In this document: one piece after another, positions 9,163-19,605 of the stretch
How positions within the stretch are numbered: position 1 is the first letter of the stretch
How the letters are laid out: every line of letters starts with the position of its first letter
NCBI GenBank assembly: GCA_041479965.1
Contig: JBGOZE010000002.1
Location: 1-47,237 of the forward strand
From: Candidatus Nanoarchaeia archaeon
GTDB taxonomy: Archaea > Nanobdellota > Nanobdellia > Woesearchaeales > SM23-78
Direction of reading: 5' to 3'
DNA length: 47,237 bases
Notes under the pieces: generated by a model
What the model was told of the DNA's origin: nothing
What the model saw: the letters and a program-made list of their open reading frames with translations, nothing else
The model's database searches: none
Position numbers and translations under genes: made by a program

Positions 9163-9210
9163 AGTAGCCCCCGCCCCCGGAACAGAGCACTTTTGATACT
9201 GTTAGCAGGA
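9163..9210 (-). repeat. copy C of the tRNA-Tyr 3'-end-like element, with extended arm
   Basis: Plus strand reads AGTAGCCCCCGCCCCCGG followed by AACAGAGCACTTTTGATACTGTTAGCAGGA, which is homologous to copy B. It lies immediately 3' of the minus-strand gene ending at 9228. Confidence 0.75.
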
Positions 9211-9227
9211 ACATTTGCCATTTTGCA

Positions 9228-10046
9228 TCACCTATTATAAAATGGATTATCTCGCCATTTGGGCCTGTAGCTTGGTTCCAAAATTTCTTTCTTGTGAATT
9301 ACAGGTCCTAACACAAAAATATGACCGGTATCTTGGTTAACGTAGTTCTTGCCGTCCACGAGATCAGAATTAAATTTGAAGCTTTTGAGCCAGCAGGTCC
9401 GCACTAAAGCCTTCGCATCTTTTTGTTCAGCTAATGCATTCAGGATATAATTTTCCATTAAGAACTCCTCAGTAATATTTTCTATGCCTGAATCACTAAA
9501 CATCTTCATATTCCCATGAAATTCTCTTTCTGTTCTCGCAAAATGTTTTCTTGCTATTTTTCCTTCCCAAGTTTCTAGAGTGGGGGGATTTGCAGTTTGT
9601 ACAACTAAATGCCCGTGTTCATAATCTTTACGTCCTATTAATTCAATTCCGCTATAGAGTATGTGGAGAACTCTCTCATCATTAGCAATGGCATCAACAG
9701 AATCCTTATTCCTCATGAAATAATTGCCTTTAGTTACCCATGCTCCTAATTCATAGCATGCTTCTTCAGGATTATTAAAAACAGGGTCTAAATCGGCAGG
9801 AGGGATATGCACCATGACTCCATCATCATCCAAGGTATAGACTCGGCTATTAGGCACCCAGCCACTGCCTTCCCTAATCTTTTTCTTCAATTCCTTATCC
9901 TCAACAACCCTCCTGGCTTTCGTTACATCTGCTACTTCGAGAGGTTTCAAACCAAGGTAATTAACTTCTTTAATACAATTTAATAACTCCTTCCCTTCTC
10001 TTCCTGGAATTATCTTAATTCTCTGAAGCTCATTGTCTGAAATCAT
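9228..10046 (-). CDS. hypothetical protein (P2), distant tandem paralogue of the upstream gene
   Basis: Start taken at the internal ATG at 10046 (MISDNELQRIKII...). The longer track ORF overlaps P1. It shares a (G/N)(E/D)DER(A/V) block and similar overall length and spacing with P1. No family recognised. Confidence 0.55.
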   Translation of the reverse strand: MISDNELQRIKIIPGREGKELLNCIKEVNYLGLKPLEVADVTKARRVVEDKELKKKIREGSGWVPNSRVYTLDDDGVMVHIPPADLDPVFNNPEEACYELGAWVTKGNYFMRNKDSVDAIANDERVLHILYSGIELIGRKDYEHGHLVVQTANPPTLETWEGKIARKHFARTEREFHGNMKMFSDSGIENITEEFLMENYILNALAEQKDAKALVRTCWLKSFKFNSDLVDGKNYVNQDTGHIFVLGPVIHKKEILEPSYRPKWRDNPFYNR

Positions 10047-10878
10047 TTTTTTGCGCACCACCTTCAGCAGGCTCACGATGCAATCCGCGAATCCTGTAAC
10101 CAACTCCTGCGCCCATGCTGTCGCCGCTGATGTAGGAAAGAGAACTGCGCCCACCAAACGAGAGCCCACTAAGCAAGAGCTGATGCGCATAGGGTCTTGG
10201 CTGCTTATCGATTAATTCGTCGCTTGCAAAAATCATATCAATAATCAGTTCAGGAGTTACTTTTTTATAGCTCCCGTATATTAACCGCATTTCTGCCATG
10301 CTTTCCAAGAATAGCCCATAATTCTTGGCTTGGTCCTGGTATAGCCACACTGCTCTTTCATCCTCGCCAAGCCGATTGGCTGGCACTCTAGATATATCGT
10401 TCAATATAAGATAGTTATCTTTGCCAATCTGCTCTAAATAGGCGTCGACATTGAAGTTTTCAGGCAGATAGCATTGATCAATTGCCACTTCATAGCAGCC
10501 ATAATCACCAGGGTCCTCCATCACTAATGACTTCCTGAGCGCAATCCTCCTATTCTCTTTTTTAGGAATTAATAGGCTTCCCTCGCGCACAAACGAGCCG
10601 TCGTGTAATAGGGTGCTGGACTTTGCCGCCTTGATTCTTGCATACGCTAAATCTCTTAATGAAATTACCTCATCACACTCCTTCATTATTGCCTCTAATG
10701 AGCTTTTGAAATCAGGATGTTCACAGTAAAAGATAGTTCCTAATCCATCAATGTGTGCTTCTTTTTTGGCATATCTGGACGGCTCCTGGCGCAGCGGCGG
10801 ATCACCATATCCTTCATAAGTTAACCTATCATTATCCTGCCATCGTTTTAACAACTCCTTATACGTTTGTCTTGCCAT
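10030..10878 (-). CDS. hypothetical protein (P1)
   Basis: 282 aa ORF. A TATA-like ATATTTAAATG on the complement of 10920-10932. No family recognised. Confidence 0.55.
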   Translation of the reverse strand: MARQTYKELLKRWQDNDRLTYEGYGDPPLRQEPSRYAKKEAHIDGLGTIFYCEHPDFKSSLEAIMKECDEVISLRDLAYARIKAAKSSTLLHDGSFVREGSLLIPKKENRRIALRKSLVMEDPGDYGCYEVAIDQCYLPENFNVDAYLEQIGKDNYLILNDISRVPANRLGEDERAVWLYQDQAKNYGLFLESMAEMRLIYGSYKKVTPELIIDMIFASDELIDKQPRPYAHQLLLSGLSFGGRSSLSYISGDSMGAGVGYRIRGLHREPAEGGAQKNDFRQ

Positions 10879-11079
10879 ATTTCATTGCCCCAAAAATCAT
10901 GTAGAGGAATCTTCCTGAGCATTTAAATATTGCCTTTGAAGGGTACTGTGCAATTAAGTTGTCACAAAGGTTTATCCTGTAGTTAGTCTTTCGTATTTCT
11001 TATATGAGGAACAAGGAACCTGGATTCTGCATCCTCGGCGTTCCAATCGTACCAAATTTCTTCCTTAATAATTTCGTAT

Positions 11080-11946
11080 TTATTTTCTGCGATGTTTAAG
11101 CAGTCTTCTTTGTTTCCAGCTCAATCCAGGGATCTTAGAAGATAATAATCTATACTTCGGATCTTCAATTGTATCTGCAAGCTGAACTATTCGGTCCGGG
11201 GTTATACCAGGCATATGACGGGCACTTTCATATTTATATTTATCAGATGTTACTTTCAATAACAGTTCCCATCTCTTTCCAACATCTATACCAGTACTAT
11301 TACAAGCAGCACCGAATATATATTGATCATCTTTCATGCTCGATGCAATCCGAAATTTCTGGTCAGAATCAAAATGTGGCACATAATTCTTAGGTGGAAA
11401 ATCAATAAGAGACTGCAATTTAATTTCATCAGATGCTATGCTTATCGCAATTTCTGCTCGCTGATCAAGAGTTATATTTGTCAACTCCCGAGCGGCACGG
11501 ACCTTATATTCATCAGATTTTATGTTTGATACAAGCTGAAATCTCCAGTCAGTATTTGCATATGGCGTATAACAAGCAACAGCGAATATATATTCATCAG
11601 GTAAGCTTGATACTAGTTGATATATGTGTGTAAAACTTAAACTTTTCACTTCACGAGCAATAATACACTTCGATGCATCAGATGTTATGCGTGATGCAAG
11701 TTCAAATCTCTGGTCAGCAGTTAGGTTTGGCAAATCAGCAGCAGCATGATATAAAAACCAATCTGAATAATAATCAGGATCATAAGAATTACATTCTCTG
11801 ATTTTTTTCAGATGTTCATCAGTTATCCTGTCCTCTGGTTTTAGAGATAACTCCCTCCGACAATATGTAACCAAGGCCTGAGGCGGATTCAGTTCACGGA
11901 CATCTTTCCATCTTATTACAATATCTTCGAGTAAAGCTTTAGCCAT
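11080..11946 (-). CDS. tandem-repeat (about 30-36 aa units) predicted alpha-helical protein (P3)
   Basis: Recurring unit [LI]TxDQRFxLxSxIxSDxYKxxAAR, for example LTADQRFELASRITSD, NTDWRFQLVSNIKSDEYKVRAAR, ITLDQRAEIAISIASDEIK, DSDQKFRIASSMKDDQY, VGKRWELLLKVTSDKYKYESAR and ITPDRIVQLADTIEDPKY. Start taken at MAKALLEDIV. Confidence 0.55.
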   Translation of the reverse strand: MAKALLEDIVIRWKDVRELNPPQALVTYCRRELSLKPEDRITDEHLKKIRECNSYDPDYYSDWFLYHAAADLPNLTADQRFELASRITSDASKCIIAREVKSLSFTHIYQLVSSLPDEYIFAVACYTPYANTDWRFQLVSNIKSDEYKVRAARELTNITLDQRAEIAISIASDEIKLQSLIDFPPKNYVPHFDSDQKFRIASSMKDDQYIFGAACNSTGIDVGKRWELLLKVTSDKYKYESARHMPGITPDRIVQLADTIEDPKYRLLSSKIPGLSWKQRRLLKHRRK

Positions 11947-12153
11947 GAAATGAAGAAAGATCGACGGCTTTATAAGCATTTCTTTAATACTTACTTTATA
12001 ATAGTTACTTATAAGATTTATGATTATAATACAAAAATGAAAGGCTTAAAAAGACACCATTAGCCAAATTGAACTTTTCCAACTACAGGTATTTATTCAT
12101 ATCAACTTAAGGACACAGTACTCTTCGGAGTAGTTATATATTAAGAATAGGAA

Positions 12154-12171
12154 AGTAGTCCCCGCCCCCTG
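12154..12171 (-). repeat. copy D of the tRNA-Tyr 3'-end-like element (core only)
   Basis: Plus strand AGTAGTCCCCGCCCCCTG differs from the tRNA copy AGTAGTCCCCGCCCCCGG at 1 nt. It lies about 30 nt 3' of the minus-strand gene ending at 12203. Confidence 0.75.
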
Positions 12172-12202
12172 ACTTTTATGTATAATCAAATTCCGCGAAG
12201 AA

Positions 12203-12574
12203 TCATAAGCTTCTTGCAGAAACAGGAACCCCAACTCTGCCTGCGGCGATATGCTCAGCTTTAGGCTGCTCTTCTGTCTCAGATTCAACAACGCTCCAGT
12301 AGAAATCCATGAATTTTTGGACTTTCTGGTTTTTAACATTAAGCTTGAACATCTGTGCTCTTCCCACTTTCCGTGTCATAATTATCCACTTATTATTAAC
12401 TAATTCTTTCTTTAACTGCTTCATGCAAGGATAACTTATTACAGCATGCCTGGCGATATCTTTGAGTGAATAGTCAAAATCCTGGGCGACTATTAAGAAA
12501 TCAAGCACCTTGTTCTTAGGCGTAAATCCTTCTCTTTTCAAAAATAATGATTTAGGTTCCATCTTATACAACAT
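12203..12574 (-). CDS. winged-helix-like small protein with acidic C-terminal tail
   Basis: 123 aa. ...NKVLDFLIVAQDFDYSLKDIARHAVISYPCMKQLKKELVNNKWIIMTRKVGRAQMFKLN has an HTH plus wing pattern. A TATA-like box lies 20-26 nt upstream. Confidence 0.5.
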   Translation of the reverse strand: MLYKMEPKSLFLKREGFTPKNKVLDFLIVAQDFDYSLKDIARHAVISYPCMKQLKKELVNNKWIIMTRKVGRAQMFKLNVKNQKVQKFMDFYWSVVESETEEQPKAEHIAAGRVGVPVSARSL

Positions 12575-12682
12575 TAAGTGATAATAACAAGTATTTAAAG
12601 GTTTCCATTTTATACCATAAGGGATATTTATATAACCCCCAATAAGAAAAGCATATAAATAAGCCCATGCAATTCCTTAATT

Positions 12683-12979
12683 GTGAAAATACACAAAAGC
12701 GATTATGTCAAGTATAGCAGATTCTTAGTTAGAAAGCTCAATAAGAGCGGCTGCTGGGGAGCGGGCTCAATGTATGAAGACAACCTTCTCGATGGTCTGC
12801 CAGATAAATCCATCGGCAGAAAAGTCCTTGACGCCCTTATCAAGCAAAGAATAATTATCGGAAAAAAGAAGAAATACGGGCATAAATATTATTTGAACAC
12901 GGAAAGAATGGACAAGGCAAAAGAAATAGTGAAAGAGCAAGGAAACAGGTCAATCATACTAATACTTCTGATGATATAA
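12683..12979 (+). CDS. small basic protein, function unknown
   Basis: 98 aa ORF with a GTG start about 25 nt downstream of TATA CATATAAATAAG (12651-12662). Divergent from the gene at 12203-12574. Confidence 0.4.
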   Translation: MKIHKSDYVKYSRFLVRKLNKSGCWGAGSMYEDNLLDGLPDKSIGRKVLDALIKQRIIIGKKKKYGHKYYLNTERMDKAKEIVKEQGNRSIILILLMI

Positions 12980-12981
12980 AA

Positions 12982-13000
12982 AGTAGTCCCCACCCCCGAG
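12982..13000 (-). repeat. copy E of the tRNA-Tyr 3'-end-like element
   Basis: Plus strand AGTAGTCCCCACCCCCGAG has 3 mismatches to the tRNA copy. It lies about 150 nt 3' of the giant minus-strand gene. Confidence 0.65.
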
Positions 13001-13150
13001 CTAGAGTGTTTGGCTCAAGTCCGGACAAATAAGGCATTCCATGGCAGAAACACTATGTTTTAAGGCATACTGAGTTTAAAATTATTTCTATTAATCTACT
13101 GCAAAGATGCTCAACCCTCAAATAGGGGGTTAGGATTATACTTATCTAAT

Positions 13151-16100
13151 TTAGTTAGCGTTCGATGTCGCTACGCAAGTAGCTTTTAATGTGCGCCCGC
13201 TGCCTGTGAACTTGACTTTGCAGTCATTCGGGAATATATTACGTTCATTATTCTGCCAATCAGCGGTTACGCATTTTGCCATTCCTAAGGCGTCTCGTGT
13301 GCTCGTAATTTTTATGTTACCACAGTAAGTTGCTGCTGTGCAGGGAGACTCATCAGTCTTGCCATCACAATCATTGTCCTTGTTATCACAGGTCTCTGTT
13401 TTCGCCCCTGCGAATGGATTGCAAGTGTCTCCTCCCCATACTCCTGCTGTGCAGGTCTTAATGCCTTTGTTGCCTGAGCATATTCCTTTTCCGCAAGTTG
13501 TTGCTTTAGTAAGGCTTTCATCAGTTAAGCCGTCACAGTCATTGTCCTTGTTATCACATATCTCGGTTTTTGGTGTTCCTGCAACACAGCTGTTTTTCTC
13601 AACTCCACTTACGCAGGTCTTTTGCCCTGTTTTTGCGCATACTCCCAGCCCGCAGTTGGTTGCTGTTGGGACATAACCTTCATCTGTTTGCCCGTTGCAG
13701 TTATTATCTAGGCCGTCACAATTATTGTCAGTTAGTGCTGGTGTTCCTGCTACGCATGCTGTTTCTTGTCCTGCTACGCATGTTGATGCTGCATTTGATA
13801 ATGCACATACTCCTGGCAGGAAGCAGCTTGTTATTGCTACGTAATCTTCATCTGCTGTTCCGCTGCAATCTTCATCTAATCCATTGCAGTTAGCGTCGTT
13901 TGCTGCTGGTGTTCCAGTCTTACATGCTGTTTCTACTCCTGCTGTGCAGCTTGATGCTACGTTTCCTGCAGCGCAAACTCCTGGTAAGAAGCAGCTTGTT
14001 ACTGGTACATAGCCTTCATCTACCGCATTGTTGCAGTTGTTGTCTATTCCATCGCAATTATTGTCAGTTGCTGCTGGTGTTCCTGCTACGCATGAGTCTA
14101 CGATTCCGCCGCTTACGCATGATGTTGTTCCTGCTGCTGTGCATGCTCCAACTCCACAAGTTGTTGGTAAGCTTACATAATCTTCATCAGCTACTCCGGA
14201 GCAATCATCATCTATACCATCACAAATGGCGTCAGTTGCTCCAGGATGTACTGCTGCGTTTGCGTCATTGCAGTCAGTAGCATCTGCTACATATCCTGTT
14301 GGTGCTATGCAAGCTAGTTGTGTTACAAGAACATTTCCGTAAGTATCACTGTCTAAGTCTTGGTAAAAGGTGTTCTGTACTCCGTTATCTACTGTTCCGT
14401 CACAGTCATCATCAACATTGTTGCATGTTTCTGTGGTTGCTCCAGCGAATGGATCACAAGTGTTATCTCCCCATGTTCCTGCTGTGCATGTTTCGATTCC
14501 AACATTGCTTGAGCAAGCTCCTAGTCCGCAACTGGTTGATCTTGTTAGGCTTTCGTCAATGTTTCCGTCGCAATTGTCATCAAGGTTATTGCAAGTCTCA
14601 GTTGCTCCTGGATGAACATCAGCGTTGTTATCGTCGCAATCGCCAGCTGCGACAGTATAACCATCGCCATCTGCATCAATGGGCTCGCACTTGTATATAT
14701 TCACTGCTAAGCTTCCTGAGTTATCACCATACCATCCTTCAGTTGGGATTCCAGTGTTTGAATCTCCGTCAAACACTCTGAACTTAACAGCTGAACCTGC
14801 TCCAATCATGCTGTTAGCGTAGATGTGACTTGAGTAATATGTTCCCCAATCAACAAATGCATCATTAACCTGCAAGTCAAATGAGCCTTCACCTAGGAAG
14901 TAAGGATCGATGTCGTATCCATCTGTAAATGTTGCCCAGTTGTCATTGCTGATGTATTCTGCATCAGCAGCATTGTTGCTGTTCTGCCAGGTTCCTAATG
15001 CTACAAATAGGTAGGTTTTGCCGTTTTCCAAGGCAGCGCTGCTTGCACCTAAGACGTCATTGGCTGGGACAGTAATTGTCTCAACAAAGGACTTTCCAGT
15101 GCCATCAGGGCATGAGCCATCGCCAGTGCAGCCCTCATCTTCTGTTCCGTCACAATCATCATCTGCAAGGTTGCAGATTTCTATTGGTGTTGTAGGAGTT
15201 AGTGCGTTACACACAGTTCCTAACGTATCTAAAGTGCAGACATACACTCCTGTATTGTAAGCACCGCAGTCATTAGTTCCGCTGTTGCAAGATTCTCCGA
15301 CATTGAATCCGTTGTCGACTAATCCGTCGCAATCATCATCCAAGCCGTTACATGCTTCTGCTGTTTCGGTTCCTCCTATGCAGCTGTCTACTTCAGAGCC
15401 ACCTACGCATGTCATTGAACCTGTGCTTGCGCATACTCCAACACCACATGTAGTTGCATCATTGAGCCAATCCTCATCCCATCCATCATTTGTGGCTGAG
15501 TTGCAGTCATTGTCTATTCCGTCACATAAGTCGAAAATGTTGCCTGTGTTGTCTGATGAGCAATCCGGTAGGCCGCCAGTGCAAGTGAATGTTCCTTCCT
15601 TGCATAAGTCAGTGTCAGCTCCATCACATGCAGTGCCGTGCCATGACGCATCAACTCCATCTGGTGAGTTTACGTCACAATCGTCATCAACATTGTTGCA
15701 CTCTTCTGGTGCGAATGGATGAGTTGTTGGTACTGCGTCATCGCAGTCAGTATTGTCTGCTATGTATCCTGCTGGTGGTGCGCATGCTAGTTGTGAAACC
15801 TCATTATCTCCATAACCATCACTATCTGCATCGGCATAGAAGTTTATCTTGACACCTTCGTCAACACCAGTATCGCAGTCATTATCTAATCCATCACATA
15901 CTTCTGCTGCGTTTGGATGTACAAACTCATTGAAGTCATCACAATCTCCACATGTTGATGCATAGCCATCTCCATCAAGATCATTTCCATCATGGCTTAT
16001 TTCTCCTGCTGAAGTGCAAGTATTAGCATCTTCATCACAAGCTGATGTGAAAGCAGCTCTGAGGTCCCACGTGTAGTCATTATTATCTGGGTCATTGAAA

Positions 16101-19100
16101 CAGTCTGCGATTTCAGGCATATTAAATCCTGTGCAGCTCATTGCAGTCTTCTGAACACATAAACCACCACCGTTGCACTGGTCTTCTGCTGAGCAGAAGT
16201 TACCGTCATCACATGTTGTTGTGGAAGGCGCGAATCCATTTGCTGGGCACAGATCGCTTACTCCGTCACAACTCTCAGCAACATCACAGTCTCCTGCTGA
16301 TGCTCTGCAAACAGTTGTTGAAGGCTCATTATTAGTTAAGCAGCTTCCTGCTCCGTCACAAGCATCTGGTTTTGTGCAGGCAGTGCTAGCTGAGCTCCCA
16401 CAGCTAGTTCCTACTGTTTTGAACCCATTATCTGAACATACTCCTGCTGTGCATTTATCTTGATTTATGCATTCTGAGCCTGCATCACCGCAGTTGTTGC
16501 CATCAGTTGAGCAGACACTCCAACCACCAGCAGAACAAGTTTGAGTTCCAGCGCACACGCCTGAGCCGCAAGCTTGAGTTATGCTTTCATCAACAGAACC
16601 GTTACAATCATTATCCTTATTATCACAAGTTAATTCATCTAGTTCATAATAGGCAACAGATGAATAATCATCAATCCATCCATTTGAACCATCACAATGT
16701 TGAATAGAACCTAAACAAACACCATCCTGCATTGTATTTAATCCTGGAGTCAAACCATTGTCAGCTGAACCATCACAATCATTGTCATTTCCGTCACATA
16801 CTTCTGTTGCTGGCCCTACAGCAGTGCATCCTGTCCAACCACCAAGGTCTGTGCATGTTTCTGTCCCAAAGGCGCATTCTCCAATATCAACACCACACGG
16901 CTGGGATAAGGATTCAGAACCATCCAAGACTCCGTCACAATCATCATCAAAACCATTACAAGATTCTACATTGTTGCCTGTCGTGTCTGAACAAACTTGA
17001 TCACCAATACACTGATATGTTCCTTCCTGACATAAATCAGTATCAACACCATCACAAGCAGCACCAAACCATGCTTCGCTAGCACCGTCAGCAGTTGCAC
17101 CATTACAATCATCATCAAAACCATTACAGATCTCAGATGCACCAGGATGAATTGCAGCATTACCATCATTACAATCACCGTTATTTGCTACGTATCCTGC
17201 TGGCGCAACGCATGCTAGTTGTGTTACAAGAACATTTCCGAAGCCATCTGAGTCTGAGTCTTGGTAGAATGTTGTTTGGACTCCTTCATCAGTTTGTCCG
17301 TCGCAGTTATCATCTAATCCGTTGCAGGTTTCTGCTAAAGGCTCATAATTTGATGAACTGTCAAGCCAGATTTTCTCCCAGGGCTTTGCTGGATTTACAA
17401 GACATTCCTTAACATTATCTGAACATGCTCCTTGTATATTATCAGAAGGAATTGTTCCTAGGCCATCATCTATCTGTCCATTACAGTTATCATCTTTTGC
17501 GTTACATGTTTCTGGTAATGCTTTTCTTCCTGGAACATCAGCAGGAGTAGTAAAAGTCCAATAGCAGTTACAATTTGCAGCACTCAAACTACCGCCATCA
17601 TCAATTTTTCCATTACAATCATCATCTACTCCGTTGCACGTGACGTCATGACCGGCCGGGTTAACATTTACATCATTATCGTTGCAGTCATCATCATTTG
17701 AAACATATCCGGCAGGCTGGCTTACTGAATAAAGAGAATCGCTTGGGTCTCCGTAAGTATCGCCATCTCCATCATGATACCAAAGGGACTCGGTCTGGCA
17801 AGTTGCAGAGCATCCATCTGCAGAATTAGTATTGCCATCGTCGCATTGCTCACCAGATTCGATAAAGCCATTGCCGCATGAAGGTGCATCACAAGCGTCT
17901 CCAATTCCATCTCCATCCAAGTCAGCTTGGTCAGCATTAGAGACTAGCTGGCAATTATCTGCGCCATCTCCTACACCATCGCCATCATCATCAGAATCAC
18001 AAACATCTCCTTGTGCATCTCCATCAGTATCTAATTGATCTGCATTAGGATTCATAGGGCAATTATCCACGGCATTAGCAATTCCATCGCCATCAGTATC
18101 GCCATCGCAATCATCACCAATATTATCACTATCAATATCAGACTGTGTTGGATTGCCTATGAAATGACAATTGTCGTCGCAATTGGTGATCTGCAAGTGA
18201 TCACAGAGGTTGTTACCGATAATTCCGTCGCCATCACCGCTGTCTAAGACTCCGTCATTATCGTCGTCAGGGTCAACGCAGTCAGCTATTCCGTCTGGTT
18301 CATTGTCAGGGAATCCTTCATCAGTCTGTCCATCACAATCATTGTCTACGCCATCACAAACTTCTTCTGTTGGGACACAGCTTGCAGCATGCTGACATCC
18401 TAATGCTATATCACAGGTATCTGTTGTTTGTATATCATTATCATCACAATTCACTTGCGTATAGCTGCAGCTTATCATATTATTATTATCTATTGTACAT
18501 GCATCAGCATCATCACAACTTATTATATTAAACATACATCCTATTCCTGGAACGCATGAATCAGCAGTATTAGCATTGTTATCATTACACACAACATTTG
18601 TGTGTGTACAGACATTATTTACATTTGCATCTGTAGTGCATACATTATTATCATTACAATTTGTATAAACGCATCCTATCGAATTATCACATGTGTCTAT
18701 TGTGTCTGGATTGTTATCAAAACAACCTACTGGCAAACACATGCAAAAAGTTCCCGTCCAAGCACAATTTATACATGCATTAGGTGAAGGACAAGTACTA
18801 GCGGTATGCACGCATCCTGTTAAAGGATTGCAACTGTCTGATGTTCCAGGATTATTGTCGTCGCAGTTTATAGGTGTATTCATGCATCCAAATGGTCCCA
18901 GGTTAGCATCTGTAGTGCATGCATTGCCATCATCACAATTTGTTGGTGTATAGCAGTATATATTGCCTGTTGTCGGATGGTTTTGGCATGTTCCTAATCC
19001 ATTGTTGCACGAGGTATCTATGGCCATAGGAAAATGCTGGCATGTACCGAAGCAGGCATCAGTTGTGCATTCATTCCCGTCAGGACTGCAAGGACCACTA

Positions 19101-19300
19101 ACAGGCAAGTATCCCAAACATGTGTCGCCAATCCATCCGATGCATTCAGATCCACATTCTGCCTTTACAGCTGTTGCCAATAACATCAATCCAAATATAA
19201 AAACTAATATAAGATATGCTTTCTTCATTTTATTTCCCTCCAAACGTTTTAATGAGCGTGATATATTCTTATTATAGATATTACCAGTGTTTGTTTTCAT
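13151..19300 (-). CDS. giant secreted cysteine-rich repeat protein (about 2,025-2,049 aa), adhesin-like
   Basis: One uninterrupted ORF.
- Signal peptide [23 protein letters not shown] if translation starts at ATG 19228. Both ATG 19300 and ATG 19228 have a GGAGG about 8 nt upstream.
- N-terminal CxDxNxCTxDxC repeats.
- TSP3-like Ca-binding repeats ([35 protein letters not shown]).
- One [27 protein letters not shown] myxococcal-type repeat.
- More than 20 MopE-like motifs (DCNDxxxxxxPGAxExCNGxDDDCDG).
- One Cys-free domain of about 140 aa. Confidence 0.9.
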   Translation of the reverse strand: MKTNTGNIYNKNISRSLKRLEGNKMKKAYLILVFIFGLMLLATAVKAECGSECIGWIGDTCLGYLPVSGPCSPDGNECTTDACFGTCQHFPMAIDTSCNNGLGTCQNHPTTGNIYCYTPTNCDDGNACTTDANLGPFGCMNTPINCDDNNPGTSDSCNPLTGCVHTASTCPSPNACINCAWTGTFCMCLPVGCFDNNPDTIDTCDNSIGCVYTNCNDNNVCTTDANVNNVCTHTNVVCNDNNANTADSCVPGIGCMFNIISCDDADACTIDNNNMISCSYTQVNCDDNDIQTTDTCDIALGCQHAASCVPTEEVCDGVDNDCDGQTDEGFPDNEPDGIADCVDPDDDNDGVLDSGDGDGIIGNNLCDHLQITNCDDNCHFIGNPTQSDIDSDNIGDDCDGDTDGDGIANAVDNCPMNPNADQLDTDGDAQGDVCDSDDDGDGVGDGADNCQLVSNADQADLDGDGIGDACDAPSCGNGFIESGEQCDDGNTNSADGCSATCQTESLWYHDGDGDTYGDPSDSLYSVSQPAGYVSNDDDCNDNDVNVNPAGHDVTCNGVDDDCNGKIDDGGSLSAANCNCYWTFTTPADVPGRKALPETCNAKDDNCNGQIDDGLGTIPSDNIQGACSDNVKECLVNPAKPWEKIWLDSSSNYEPLAETCNGLDDNCDGQTDEGVQTTFYQDSDSDGFGNVLVTQLACVAPAGYVANNGDCNDGNAAIHPGASEICNGFDDDCNGATADGASEAWFGAACDGVDTDLCQEGTYQCIGDQVCSDTTGNNVESCNGFDDDCDGVLDGSESLSQPCGVDIGECAFGTETCTDLGGWTGCTAVGPATEVCDGNDNDCDGSADNGLTPGLNTMQDGVCLGSIQHCDGSNGWIDDYSSVAYYELDELTCDNKDNDCNGSVDESITQACGSGVCAGTQTCSAGGWSVCSTDGNNCGDAGSECINQDKCTAGVCSDNGFKTVGTSCGSSASTACTKPDACDGAGSCLTNNEPSTTVCRASAGDCDVAESCDGVSDLCPANGFAPSTTTCDDGNFCSAEDQCNGGGLCVQKTAMSCTGFNMPEIADCFNDPDNNDYTWDLRAAFTSACDEDANTCTSAGEISHDGNDLDGDGYASTCGDCDDFNEFVHPNAAEVCDGLDNDCDTGVDEGVKINFYADADSDGYGDNEVSQLACAPPAGYIADNTDCDDAVPTTHPFAPEECNNVDDDCDVNSPDGVDASWHGTACDGADTDLCKEGTFTCTGGLPDCSSDNTGNIFDLCDGIDNDCNSATNDGWDEDWLNDATTCGVGVCASTGSMTCVGGSEVDSCIGGTETAEACNGLDDDCDGLVDNGFNVGESCNSGTNDCGAYNTGVYVCTLDTLGTVCNALTPTTPIEICNLADDDCDGTEDEGCTGDGSCPDGTGKSFVETITVPANDVLGASSAALENGKTYLFVALGTWQNSNNAADAEYISNDNWATFTDGYDIDPYFLGEGSFDLQVNDAFVDWGTYYSSHIYANSMIGAGSAVKFRVFDGDSNTGIPTEGWYGDNSGSLAVNIYKCEPIDADGDGYTVAAGDCDDNNADVHPGATETCNNLDDNCDGNIDESLTRSTSCGLGACSSNVGIETCTAGTWGDNTCDPFAGATTETCNNVDDDCDGTVDNGVQNTFYQDLDSDTYGNVLVTQLACIAPTGYVADATDCNDANAAVHPGATDAICDGIDDDCSGVADEDYVSLPTTCGVGACTAAGTTSCVSGGIVDSCVAGTPAATDNNCDGIDNNCNNAVDEGYVPVTSCFLPGVCAAGNVASSCTAGVETACKTGTPAANDANCNGLDEDCSGTADEDYVAITSCFLPGVCALSNAASTCVAGQETACVAGTPALTDNNCDGLDNNCNGQTDEGYVPTATNCGLGVCAKTGQKTCVSGVEKNSCVAGTPKTEICDNKDNDCDGLTDESLTKATTCGKGICSGNKGIKTCTAGVWGGDTCNPFAGAKTETCDNKDNDCDGKTDESPCTAATYCGNIKITSTRDALGMAKCVTADWQNNERNIFPNDCKVKFTGSGRTLKATCVATSNAN

Positions 19301-19605
19301 TTTTACTTTCCTCCGTTTGCTAAATAGAACTCTTTTTGTTTGTGGGTAGAACTCTTAGAAATTATAGTCGTACGAATATTATGCATATTCGGTTGCATTA
19401 ATTACCCCCAGATGACACGCCTTTCACTATATTATAGGCGCGCGGAAGATTAGGAATTACCATACATATTTAAACTTAATCTTTTTTATCCTCTGATGAA
19501 TAGTTAATTTTTTGGGTCGCATTGAAAGATATTTTGGTGAGTTTCCTCACAGCATAGGCAAATTTAAAAAAGCGGTGTTTTGTCGTCGATAAATTAGAAA
19601 AGTAG

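Noticed and set aside
13312-19277. About 25 track ORFs (60-160 aa) on both strands inside the giant gene
   Set aside because: All are shadows of the 6.1 kb Cys/Asp/Asn/Gly-rich frame. Their products are low-complexity (Ser/Leu/His/Gln runs) with no starts or promoters of their own.
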